Source of the DNA: a virus
Lineage: Duplodnaviria > Heunggongvirae > Uroviricota > Caudoviricetes
Length of the DNA: 18,661 nt
Virus record (IMG/VR): IMGVR_UViG_2541047899_000006
Coordinates: 1 to 18,661 of that record
Strand: one strand, 5' to 3'
Part shown: in pieces, positions 8,305-17,900 of the stretch
How the letters are laid out: each line of letters starts with the position of its first letter
How positions within the stretch are numbered: the stretch's first letter is position 1
Position numbers and translations under genes: made by a program
The notes under the pieces: model-generated
What the model saw: the letters and a program-made list of their open reading frames with translations, nothing else
Databases searched by the model: none
Told to the model about the DNA's origin: nothing

Positions 8305-9696
8305 ATGGATTTTCCCTCCTTACCTTCTTTGTCCTCTTTGTTTTCTTCATCTTCCGGAACGACCTGGCGCGATAATCTTTACGACGCTTCATTTCGTGGT
8401 GTTCCGTTTTCGGTGGAAAGCGATGAGGGTACGTTCGGACGCCGCGTTCAGGTCCATGAATATCCAAACCGTGACAAACCGTACACGGAAGATCTCGGGC
8501 GTGCCACGCGACGGCTGACGATTAATGCGTATCTCGTTGGTGATGATTACGCAGAGCAGCGCGATCGGCTGATTACCGCGATTGAAACCGCCGGGCCGGG
8601 GACACTGATCCATCCGCAGTTCGGTGAAATGCAGGGCTGTATTGACGGACAGGTGACCGTTTCTCACTCCAGCACTGAAGGCCGTATGTGCCGGGTTTCA
8701 TTTCAGTTTGTTGAGAGCGGGGAACTGTCATTTCCGGTCGCCGGAGCCGCAACCGCCAGAAAACTGGAGGAGTCGTCCGGATTCCTGGATGAGCTGATTG
8801 AAGACATGTTCGGCGATTTTGATCTTGCGGGAATATCGGACTTTATTCAGAACGATGTTATTGCCCGGGCAACCGATATGCTGGGAACCGTTCAGACGGC
8901 TTTCAGAATGGTTAATTCTGCTGTTTCTGCCGGAATGAGGCTGATGCAGGGCGATTTATCCGTCATTCTGATGCCGCCATCGGTTGCCAGTGATTTTGTG
9001 CATACGTTGCAGGATACCTGGCGGGCAGGAACCAGACTGGTGGATAACACACAGGATCTGGTGCAGTCCATAACAACAATGTCAGGCATTACGCTGGATC
9101 CAGGACTGGCACCGCGTGCGGTGTGGCCCACAGATTCCGCATCAGTTGTCAGGCAAAAACAGCAGACAAATCTGGTGGCTGCAGTCATCCGGACGACGGC
9201 AATCAGCGAGGCTGCAAGGGCGGTCACTTCACTGCCGCAACCCGGAAGTCTGGTGAAAAATCAGCAGGCGGTTGCGGCTGTTGGTGGTTCCACTGAACGT
9301 CAGTCCGATATTATTCATGTTTCTCATCCGGCACTTGACAGCGTGGCAGCCAGCACAGAACAGGATGAGACAGCGCAACCACCCACGCGGGAAAATCTCA
9401 CCATCATACGCGAATCACTGAACGCGGCGATTGAACAGGAGCTCAGACGAACGACGGATGACAGGCTGTTTTTTCAGCTGACGTCATTACGTACAGAACT
9501 GAACCGGGATATTCAGGCCCGTCTGGTTCAGACGGAGGAAACCGCAGAGCGAACGCCAGCGGAAGTTCTGCCTGCGCTTGTTCTGGCTGCATCATGGTAC
9601 GACGATGCGTCCCGTGAAACTGATATCCTGGATCGAAATGCCATCTCCCATCCGGGCTTTGTTCCGGTCAGAGCATTAAGGGTACCCGTCAGATGA
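8305..9696 (+). CDS. DNA circularization protein N-like tail/baseplate protein (Mu gpN-like)
   Basis: 463 aa. The N-terminal region WRDNLYDASFRGVPFSVESDEGTFGRRVQVHEYPNRDKPYTEDLGR...INAYL matches the DNA-circularisation N-terminal domain pattern of Mu N-like proteins. It follows the tape measure gene, as in Mu-like tails. Confidence 0.75.
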   Translation: MDFPSLPSLSSLFSSSSGTTWRDNLYDASFRGVPFSVESDEGTFGRRVQVHEYPNRDKPYTEDLGRATRRLTINAYLVGDDYAEQRDRLITAIETAGPGTLIHPQFGEMQGCIDGQVTVSHSSTEGRMCRVSFQFVESGELSFPVAGAATARKLEESSGFLDELIEDMFGDFDLAGISDFIQNDVIARATDMLGTVQTAFRMVNSAVSAGMRLMQGDLSVILMPPSVASDFVHTLQDTWRAGTRLVDNTQDLVQSITTMSGITLDPGLAPRAVWPTDSASVVRQKQQTNLVAAVIRTTAISEAARAVTSLPQPGSLVKNQQAVAAVGGSTERQSDIIHVSHPALDSVAASTEQDETAQPPTRENLTIIRESLNAAIEQELRRTTDDRLFFQLTSLRTELNRDIQARLVQTEETAERTPAEVLPALVLAASWYDDASRETDILDRNAISHPGFVPVRALRVPVR

Positions 9697-10748
9697 ATAA
9701 TACCGTTTTACTTCGGGTTTCCGGTCGCGAATGGGGCGGCTGGACATCCGTCCGTATCAGTGCGGGCATTAACCGTATTGCCCGGGATTTTAATGTTGCC
9801 ATCACCACCCGCTGGCCCGGAAGCCGGGATTATCAACCCCGGATAAAAAATGGTGAGCTGGTTGAAGTGCTTATCGGGGATGAGCCCGTGCTTACCGGAT
9901 ATGTGGAGGCACTACCGCTTCGTTATGACGCCAGCAGCGTCAGCATGGGAATTGTCGGGCGAAGCAAAACAGCCGATCTGGTTGACTGCTCTGCTTTGCC
10001 ACTCCAGCAGAGCGGAAAAAACCTGCTCAGAATAGTCAGTGAACTGGCTGCGCCATTTGGCATCACCGTTGTTGATGCTGGCGTGCCACAGACAGCGGTG
10101 ATTGATGCCCAGCCGGAACACGGCGAAACCGTTGCCGATTGTCTTAACCGGTTGCTGGGGCAGGTTCAGACGCTGGCTTATGACGATGAATGCGGGCGAC
10201 TGGTTCTGGGAAAACCCGGAACAGGCAAAGCGGCGACAGCACTGGTGCTGGGAGAGAATATTCTTTCCTGTGACACGGAAAGAAGCATCAGAGAGCGGTT
10301 TTCTGAATATCAGGTCAGTGGGCAGCGCCCGGGCAACGACGATGATTTTGGTGAGGCCACCATTGCCGCAATACGTCAGGCCATTCAGGACAGTGGCGTG
10401 ACCCGTTATCGCCCTTTGTTGATTCAGCAGTCAGGTACAGCAACGACAGCAACCTGTAAGGCCCGTTGTGAATTTGAAGCGCGCCAACGGGCTGCGCTTA
10501 CCCGTGAGACAACATATACGGTTCAGGGCTGGCGGCAGGGCAGTGGCGCGTTATGGCGTCCGGGGTTATCTGTCATCGTTTTCGACCCGCTGAATAATTT
10601 TGATAATGATGAACTGGTGATCGCAGAAGTTACCTATAACCATGACGACCGGGGCACAACGACCGAATTACGGGTTGGCCCGGCAGATGCTTATCTCCCT
10701 GAGCCTGTCACCGCCAGGAAGAAAAAAAATGTTGAGGAGGATTTCTGA
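9693..10748 (+). CDS. Mu gpP-like tail protein (baseplate hub-like)
   Basis: 351 aa; ATGA overlap with the upstream gene. It occupies the gpP position between the N-like and V-like genes of a Mu-like baseplate cluster. Confidence 0.65.
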   Translation: MNNTVLLRVSGREWGGWTSVRISAGINRIARDFNVAITTRWPGSRDYQPRIKNGELVEVLIGDEPVLTGYVEALPLRYDASSVSMGIVGRSKTADLVDCSALPLQQSGKNLLRIVSELAAPFGITVVDAGVPQTAVIDAQPEHGETVADCLNRLLGQVQTLAYDDECGRLVLGKPGTGKAATALVLGENILSCDTERSIRERFSEYQVSGQRPGNDDDFGEATIAAIRQAIQDSGVTRYRPLLIQQSGTATTATCKARCEFEARQRAALTRETTYTVQGWRQGSGALWRPGLSVIVFDPLNNFDNDELVIAEVTYNHDDRGTTTELRVGPADAYLPEPVTARKKKNVEEDF

Positions 10749-11281
10749 TGAACGGGTTTTCTCTTCGCAATCTGATTTCCCGGGCTGTCATCACGGCGGT
10801 GGATTCTGCCAGAAAGTGTCAGTCTGTAGGGTTGAAAATGATAGCCGGAGATCAGAAACAACACGTTGAGCACCTTGAACCTTATGGTTTTACATCTGCT
10901 GCACAGAACGGTGCTGAGGGCGTTGCTTTATTCCCGGCGGGCGATCGTTCTCATGGTGTGGTTGTGGTCGTGTCTGACAGACGTTACCGGCTGAAAGGAC
11001 TGAAACGTGGGGAAGTGGCGCTTTATGACGATCAGGGGCAGTCAGTTGTCCTGACCCGTTCCGGTATTGTGGTGAACGGGGCCGGTAAGCCCATTATTTT
11101 TAAAAACGCGCCTAAAGCGCGCTTTGAAATGCCTGTCGAATCCACCGCTGATATTACTGACAATTGCGACAGTGGCGGACTCAGCATGCAGCAAATGCGG
11201 CAGACCTACAATGCCCACAAACACACCGAAAATGGTGATGGTGGCGGAATCACTGACACGCCGGATCAACCGATGGGCTGA
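10748..11281 (+). CDS. Baseplate assembly protein V / central spike (Mu gp45-like)
   Basis: 177 aa; start overlaps the upstream stop. The N-terminus LRNLISRAVITAVD...YGFTS...GVALFPAGDRSHGVVVVVSDRRYR is typical of gpV/gp45-family spike proteins. Confidence 0.75.
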   Translation: MNGFSLRNLISRAVITAVDSARKCQSVGLKMIAGDQKQHVEHLEPYGFTSAAQNGAEGVALFPAGDRSHGVVVVVSDRRYRLKGLKRGEVALYDDQGQSVVLTRSGIVVNGAGKPIIFKNAPKARFEMPVESTADITDNCDSGGLSMQQMRQTYNAHKHTENGDGGGITDTPDQPMG

Positions 11282-11286
11282 AAATC

Positions 11287-11700
11287 ATGATGATTAATGT
11301 TAACGGGCGACCCGTGTCGACCGGGGCTTCGAACGACCTTCTGACGCGTGCTGTGATTATTTCGCTTTTTACCTGGCGGCGTGCCGGGCGGGATGATGAT
11401 GCACCGCAGATATTTGGATGGTGGGGGGATACCTGGCCTGCGGTTCAGAATGATCGCACGGGGTCGCGTCTGTATCTGTTGCGACGCAGCAAGCTGACAA
11501 ATAAAACCCCGCAGCTTGCCAGAGATTATGCCCGTGAGGCGCTGGCGTGGATGGTGGAGGATGGTGTTGCTTCCCGTCTTGATATTAACGCTGTCCGGAC
11601 CGGGACAGACTCGCTGGCACTTGCCATTACCATTTACCAGCGTGACGGCAATATTCACAACATTATTTTTGATGATATCTGGAGTGAACTGAATGGCTGA
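11287..11700 (+). CDS. Baseplate protein, Mu gp46-like (GP46 family)
   Basis: 137 aa, located between the V-like and J-like genes. It contains the GWWGD motif I associate with GP46-family proteins. Confidence 0.65.
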   Translation: MMINVNGRPVSTGASNDLLTRAVIISLFTWRRAGRDDDAPQIFGWWGDTWPAVQNDRTGSRLYLLRRSKLTNKTPQLARDYAREALAWMVEDGVASRLDINAVRTGTDSLALAITIYQRDGNIHNIIFDDIWSELNG

Positions 11701-12775
11701 CAGTCAGTTTTATCGCCCCGGCCTCCCGCAACTTATTTCTATGATCCGGAGCGATTTATTAACCCGCTTTGAGCAGGATACGCTGCTTCGTCGTATGGAT
11801 GCGGAAGTGTATGCCCGTGTACAGGCTGCAGCCGTACACACGTTGTACGGGTATATCGATTATCTTGCCAGAAATCTGTTACCGGACATGTGTGATGAAG
11901 ACTGGCTGTACCGGCACGCCAGAATCAAACGCTGCCCGCGAAAAGATGCGGTGGCAGCCCGGGGATTTGTGCGCTGGGATGGCGTAGAGGGGACGCCGGT
12001 ATTGCCAGCGGGAACGCAGATCCAGCGTGATGATCAGGTGACCTTCACCACGACGGCGACGGTGACCGCAGCCGATGGTCTTCTCCGGGTGCCTGTTGTG
12101 GCAGACGAACCGGGATCGGCGGGGAATACGGATGATGGTATTGCCATGCAACTGGGAACACCCGTCAGTGGTCTGCCGTCCACAGGGTACGCAGACACCA
12201 TTACAGACGGTGAAGATATTGAAAATCTGGAAATATGGCGTGCCCGCGTTATGGAACGTTATTACTACATTCCACAGGGGGGCGCAGATCCTGATTATGT
12301 TATCTGGGCGAAAGAAGTTCAGGGTATTAACCGTGCATGGACTTTCAGACACTGGAAAGGCATTGGAACGGTTGGCGTGATGGTGGCGACAAACGATCCG
12401 GAACACCCGGCCCCGGATGAAAGCGTGATTAACGCAGTCAGGGACCACATCCTTCCTCTGGCACCTGTTGCCGGAAGCGGATTGTATGTATTCGGTGCCA
12501 CAGAAAAAGTCATCCCGATGACGATTGCGTTATCGAAAGACACACCGCAGATCAGGGCGGCAATAAAATCAGAACTGAATGCGCTGATGTTCCGGGATGG
12601 TGTGCCGGAAGGGCGCATGTATCTGTCCAGAATCAGCGAGGCTATCAGTTTATCTGCAGGTGAGGTGGCCCATCGACTCATCGACCCTTCATCGGATATT
12701 GACCTGGGGGAAACTGAGCTTCCGGTACTCGGGGAGATCACATGGCAGGCTTATGACCCGGTAAGGAGTAAATAA
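11693..12775 (+). CDS. Baseplate J-like protein (Mu gp47-like)
   Basis: 360 aa; overlaps the upstream gene by 8 nt. Size and position match baseplate J family proteins in Mu-like and P2-like clusters. Confidence 0.75.
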   Translation: MADSQFYRPGLPQLISMIRSDLLTRFEQDTLLRRMDAEVYARVQAAAVHTLYGYIDYLARNLLPDMCDEDWLYRHARIKRCPRKDAVAARGFVRWDGVEGTPVLPAGTQIQRDDQVTFTTTATVTAADGLLRVPVVADEPGSAGNTDDGIAMQLGTPVSGLPSTGYADTITDGEDIENLEIWRARVMERYYYIPQGGADPDYVIWAKEVQGINRAWTFRHWKGIGTVGVMVATNDPEHPAPDESVINAVRDHILPLAPVAGSGLYVFGATEKVIPMTIALSKDTPQIRAAIKSELNALMFRDGVPEGRMYLSRISEAISLSAGEVAHRLIDPSSDIDLGETELPVLGEITWQAYDPVRSK

Positions 12776-13365
12776 TGGATACGTTACAGGATGATTATAC
12801 AAAATTGTTGTATGGCCTGATGCCGCCGGGACCTGCATGGTCAGATACCGACGGTGTACTTGACGGTCTGGCACCATCGCTTGTGCGTGTTCACCAGCGG
12901 GCTGATGAACTGGTGATTGAAATCGATCCCGGTCAGTCCACAGAGCTGATTGAACGTTATGAAGAATTGTATGGTTTACCTGATTCCTGTTCCCCTGTCG
13001 GAACCCAGACATTACGCCAGCGTCAGCAACGTCTTGAAGCAAAAGCCAATGTGGCTGGTGGCATAAATGAGCAGTTCTTCCTGGATCAGCTTGAGGCGCT
13101 GGGATATACCGGCGTGACGATCGAACAGTTCCAGAATCTGGATGCAAGCCCCGATCCGGAATGGGGTGATCGCTGGCGTTATTTCTGGCGTGTAACGTTG
13201 CCGGTGGATGCCGGTGCTCAGTGGCAGACATGTACGGATGCCTGCAACACACCGATCCGGACGTGGGGGGATACGGTTGCGGAGTGCGTGATTAATAAAT
13301 TATGTCCGTCGCATACCGTTGTTTTATTTTCCTATCCAGATGAGGATGAAGATGCACAGGATTGA
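12775..13365 (+). CDS. Baseplate / tail-fiber attachment protein (Mu gp48-like, P2 gpI-like)
   Basis: 196 aa; TAATG overlap with the J-like gene. Position is between baseplate J and the tail fiber. The acidic C-terminus (DEDEDAQD) overlaps the fiber gene start. Confidence 0.65.
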   Translation: MDTLQDDYTKLLYGLMPPGPAWSDTDGVLDGLAPSLVRVHQRADELVIEIDPGQSTELIERYEELYGLPDSCSPVGTQTLRQRQQRLEAKANVAGGINEQFFLDQLEALGYTGVTIEQFQNLDASPDPEWGDRWRYFWRVTLPVDAGAQWQTCTDACNTPIRTWGDTVAECVINKLCPSHTVVLFSYPDEDEDAQD

Positions 13366-14362
13366 TACGCTGACAGCGGTAAAAGATAAGTTTGGCCCGG
13401 GCAAGAACGGATTTACTGACGGAAATCTTCGCACAGGACGTCTTGCCACCTGGCTGAACAGTGCCATGTGGGATGCCATTCAGGAGGAAATCTGTGGTGT
13501 CATTGAGAAAGCCGGGATAGAACTGAATAAAGAAGAACACGACCAGCTATATAAAGCCATATTATTACTGGTGGGCGGTGCAATTAACGAAGAGGCATTG
13601 CTGATAAAAAATAATCTTTCGGATGTGGAAGATAAGGATGAGGCTGTTGAAAACCTCGGATTAAAACCCACGGTGGACAAGGCAAAAAATGCCGTTCAGC
13701 GTGATGGCGACACCATGACAGGAAAGCTGACGCTGCCCCAGACCTCCGGATTTGGTGTTAACACTGACAATACCCTGGGAGGTAACTCAATTGCTTTCGG
13801 GGATAACGATACAGGTATAAAACAAAACGGCGACGGCATTCTGGATGTTTATGCGAATGGACAGCATGTATTTCGTTTCCAGAATGGTGTGGCGATAGCG
13901 TTAAAAAATATTCAGGCCGGAAATGCTAAAAAATTCACGTTATCCAGCGCCAACAACTCCACGAAAAACGCAACGTTTAATTTATGGGGTAATTCATCCC
14001 GACCTGTAGTTGCAGAGCTTGGTGATGATTCCGGCTGGCATTTTTACAGCCAGAGAAATACCGATGGCAGTATCACATTCGCTGTAAACGGACAGATGAC
14101 CCCATCAAACTATGGAAATTTCGATGCCCGTTATCAGCAGCGAAATGGCGGCGTGCAGGATGTGCGTTATGGTTCCGAAATGTATTACAACCCGGGAGGT
14201 AACCAGGTATCCTGGACATTTCGCTCACCTTCAGGCCACGGGTTATCCGGTATTAATGTGCAGGAAACCGGAAGTAATTCGGCAGATAACATCGGCGGCG
14301 TGTATTACCGTCCGCTTCAGAAACTGATTAATGGCACCTGGTATAACGTGGCGAGTGTTTAA
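13352..14362 (+). CDS. Tail fiber protein with P2 gpH-like C-terminal receptor-binding region
   Basis: RBS GAGGA at 13342-13346, ATG at 13352; in-frame ATGs at 13340 and 13346 are alternatives. N-terminus MHRIDTLTAVKDKFGPGKNGFTDGN. The C-terminal region (GGNSIAFGDNDTGIKQNGDGILDVYANGQHVFRFQNGVAIALKNIQAG...INGTWYNVASV) closely resembles, from memory, the C-terminal domain of P2 gpH-type fibers. Confidence 0.8.
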   Translation: MHRIDTLTAVKDKFGPGKNGFTDGNLRTGRLATWLNSAMWDAIQEEICGVIEKAGIELNKEEHDQLYKAILLLVGGAINEEALLIKNNLSDVEDKDEAVENLGLKPTVDKAKNAVQRDGDTMTGKLTLPQTSGFGVNTDNTLGGNSIAFGDNDTGIKQNGDGILDVYANGQHVFRFQNGVAIALKNIQAGNAKKFTLSSANNSTKNATFNLWGNSSRPVVAELGDDSGWHFYSQRNTDGSITFAVNGQMTPSNYGNFDARYQQRNGGVQDVRYGSEMYYNPGGNQVSWTFRSPSGHGLSGINVQETGSNSADNIGGVYYRPLQKLINGTWYNVASV

Positions 14363-14364
14363 CA

Positions 14365-14910
14365 ATGTTACATTTAAAAAATATTACTGCGGGTAATCCG
14401 AAAACCGCGGAACAATATCAGCTGACAAAACAATATGGTGTCACCTGGCTTTTTTCGGAAGACGGCAAAAACTGGTATGAAGAACAGAAGAACTTTGCCA
14501 GTGACACCATAAAAATGGTTTACACCGGAGACGGGCGCGTGGTGTGGGTCGGTAAGGATGTGACAGGTATTGAACCCCGTAACGCCAGTGTTATTGAAGT
14601 TCCTGATATTACCGCTAACCGCCGCATTACCGCACCGGGTTACTGGTTCTACCGCAATGATGAATTTGTTTTTGACTACAAACTTAAAGCGGAAGATGAG
14701 CGTGATGCCCTGTTAAAACAGGTCAGCATCATGACCAGCGAATGGGAAAAAGACCTGCTGCTGGGATTAATCAGTGACGAAGACAGGGAGAAGCTGAAAG
14801 CGTACCGCATTTACGCGAAATCGCTGCAGGCGATGGATTTCAGCACCATCACTAATAAAACCTCATATAACGCTATTGAATGGCCCGCCTCTCCGGAAAC
14901 CTCTTCCTGA
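14365..14910 (+). CDS. Tail fiber assembly protein (Tfa / P2 gpG-like chaperone)
   Basis: 181 aa, immediately downstream of the fiber gene. The C-terminal end ...YNAIEWPASPETSS matches the conserved IEWP motif at the end of lambda Tfa-type fiber assembly proteins. Confidence 0.8.
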   Translation: MLHLKNITAGNPKTAEQYQLTKQYGVTWLFSEDGKNWYEEQKNFASDTIKMVYTGDGRVVWVGKDVTGIEPRNASVIEVPDITANRRITAPGYWFYRNDEFVFDYKLKAEDERDALLKQVSIMTSEWEKDLLLGLISDEDREKLKAYRIYAKSLQAMDFSTITNKTSYNAIEWPASPETSS

Positions 14911-14933
14911 TTTAATTTATTGCGAGAAAAACT

Positions 14934-17900
14934 ATGTCTGTAGTGATATCAGGTGCGCTGATTGATGGCGCAGGCATCCCCATGTCCGGATGCCACATAA
15001 TTCTGAAATCCCGGGTAAACACCTCAGAGGTGGTGATGCGCACAGTTGCCGACGTGGTGACAGGAAACTGTGGCGAGTACTGTTTTAAGGCGCAGACCGG
15101 AAAATATTGCGTATATCTGAAACAGGACTGGCGCGACGAGTACTGTGTTGGCGATATTGCTGTATACGATGACTCAAAGCCTGGCACGTTGAACGATTTT
15201 CTGACCGCTCTCGATGAAGGCGACCTCAAGCCGGATGTTGTTAAACGTTTTGAGGAACTGGTGGCGCAGGCGCAGCAGAGCGCGGAAGCGGCAGCGGAAA
15301 GCGAACGACAGGCCGGGCAACATGTCGCTGATGCGCAACAAATCAAGAGCGACTGCGAGACGCTGGCGGATAACGTACAGCAGAATGCAGAAGCCGTTGC
15401 CGAAGATAAAAAGCAGGTGGCACAGCTGGCATCATCTGCCACACAGGATGCCGCCCGCGCAGAGCAGGCTGTCAAGGATGCTGACGCGATAGTCCAGAAA
15501 GCGGTCGATAAACTTGCTGATGCCGCAACGCTGACCGGCGAGGCAAAAGCCAGCGCCGAAGCGGCAGCAAAAAGCGAGCAGAATGCGAAACAGCACAGGG
15601 ACGAGGCGCAACGGATAGTTGATGACCTGAAGGGAGGCAATGCTTCCACGACAGAAAAAGGCCTGGTGCAACTCTGTAGTGATACAGACAACGACAGCGA
15701 AGAACTGGCAGCCACGCCAAAAGCCGTCAAAACCGTCATGGACGAGACGAAAACAAAAGCGCCACTGGACAGCCCGGCGTTCACAGGTACGCCAACCACA
15801 CCAACCCCGCCGGACGATGCGACCGGGCTGGAAACAGCGAACGCGGCATTTGTCCGCAAACTGCTCGCTGCACTGGTTGACTCGTCACCGGAAGCCCTGG
15901 ACACACTGAACGAGCTGGCAGCGGCGCTGGGCAATGACCCGGAGTTTGCGACAACAATCATGAACGCGCTGGCGGGTAAACAACCACTCAGCGACGTGTT
16001 AACCGCTATCAGTAATCTGGAAGAGCGAGCCGATAACCTTCTGTGCTTTAATCAGGACGGGAATGCTTCACTGTCTCCGCTGTCAGAAAAAGCCCGTTTA
16101 TTTCTGTCGCAAAATACGGAAGAAGATATGCGTGCAGAGCTTGGGCTTAAATCTGCAGCTGCAGTTGACGTTCAAAGGACTCTTTATGATGCAGGTGAAG
16201 GATGTGTTGCTTTACCCGGGGCATTTGGTTATGGGATGACGAATGCCGGAAGTACAGTACTTGTCGCCAGCAATATGGGGACAATAGCCAGAACTGCACA
16301 CAACGTACATCCAGGGCGTTATTATACTTTCTCTACGCAAACAGAAGAAACGACCGGAGTAACAGAAATTATCTGGCTGGATAACAACTGGGGCGACAAA
16401 ACCAGCCAGACAGCAACAAAGCTGGTTCTGTTTTTTGGAAAAGACGGACGGATTCTTATGACCGTTCGTGGCGATAATATCTCCGCCCCGGTCACCTGGA
16501 CGAATCTGACGCCACAACTTGGCAATGCAGCACAGAAGGATGCGCAGGAGAATATTTACGACCGCACCGAAGGTCGTCTGGCGATTCCCGGCATGTTCGG
16601 GTTTGGGAAAGCGTTTTCCAGCATCGACAGGACCGAGTTTAAAACAGGAGCTGATTTTCTCCGCTGGGTAAAAATGGCAAAACCCGGACGCTATGCCGTT
16701 TATGCGGATACAAAAGCAGTAATACAGGGCGTGTTGTTCAGTGGTGTTGTTGAAATTATCTGGCCAACACCCAATGACTACCCGACCGATGATAAGGCCT
16801 ATAAGGTCATTATTTTCTACGGTATTAACGGTCATATTTATTACAACCGTTACACCGGAAGTGGTTATCTGGTTGGGTGGGAGAACCTGAAGGTTGATGA
16901 GGCTTCACTCAGGGCGCTGATTGAAACCCGCGCACCACTGAAAAGCCCGGCGCTGACCGGAACGCCGACAACACCAACCCCGCCGGATGACGCAGCAGGC
17001 ACTGAGATAGCCAATGCGGCGTTTGTCCGCAAACTGCTCGCCGCGCTGGTTGACTCGTCCCCGGAAACACTGGACACACTGAACGAGCTGGCAGCGGCGC
17101 TGGGCAACGACCCTAATTTTGCGACGACTGTCACTAAGGCGCTGGCGGGTAAACAGCCGCTTAATGACGTGTTAACGGCGGTCAGCCAGATAACACCGGA
17201 AGAAAACACGCTGCCTTATTTCAGTGCAGAGGGCCGGATTTTACTGGCGCAGCTGTCAGAAAAAGCCCGCGCATTACTGGCACTGGACACGCCTGAAGCC
17301 ATGCGCACGGAGCTTGAACTGAAAGCGGCTGCGACGATGGAGCCCCAGAGCGATATCCGCGACCGCACACCAGGCAGACTGGCACTGTCCGGCATGTACG
17401 GATTCGGTCAGGCATTTGCCAGCACCGACGCTCTGGCGTTTGACGGACAGGCCGATTTTGCTGAATGGCTGAAAGAGGCCACCCCGGGGCGTTATGCGGT
17501 CAGTATTGCGGACTCTTCCACACTACTGGCAGGCACCACAAAATTTAACGGCATCATTGATGTGATGTGGTCGCCTTTTGATAACGATGAATCGGACACA
17601 ACGCGTAAATTCAAAATGCTGCTGTGTTTTAACCAGTATTACGAAGGTGAGCACAGTATTCATCGTCTGACTTACCGCTGGAGTGGAAACAACTGGAATG
17701 CAACAGTAAGCCCTGTCATTTACGACGGCGATTCGCTGGCGTTCTTACTGTCCCGGACAGCAGGCTCAGGCTCATATTTCAAATACCCGGCAGTGGGTGT
17801 TCCGGTGCTTGCTGTTTATCGCGGAACAACTTCCGGGGATAAAGAAATCAAAATTGGCCTGGGTGATGTGGTGCCAGGGTCACAACTGGGCGGAGTTAAT

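Noticed and set aside
14912-15961. 349-aa minus-strand ORF, Ala/Ser-rich and low complexity
   Set aside because: It lies entirely antisense to the coiled-coil shaft of the long tail-fiber gene. Its composition is the mirror of the GC-rich Ala/Gln/Glu codons on the coding strand, and it has no RBS or independent context. Antisense artefact.
16212-16835. 207-aa minus-strand ORF inside the tail fiber gene
   Set aside because: Antisense to a well-supported fiber coding region, cysteine-rich nonsense-like composition, no RBS.
16865-17209. 114-aa minus-strand ORF that repeats part of the 14912-15961 antisense ORF
   Set aside because: Its similarity to the other antisense ORF is simply the reverse complement of the intragenic collar repeat in the fiber gene. 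Not an independent gene.
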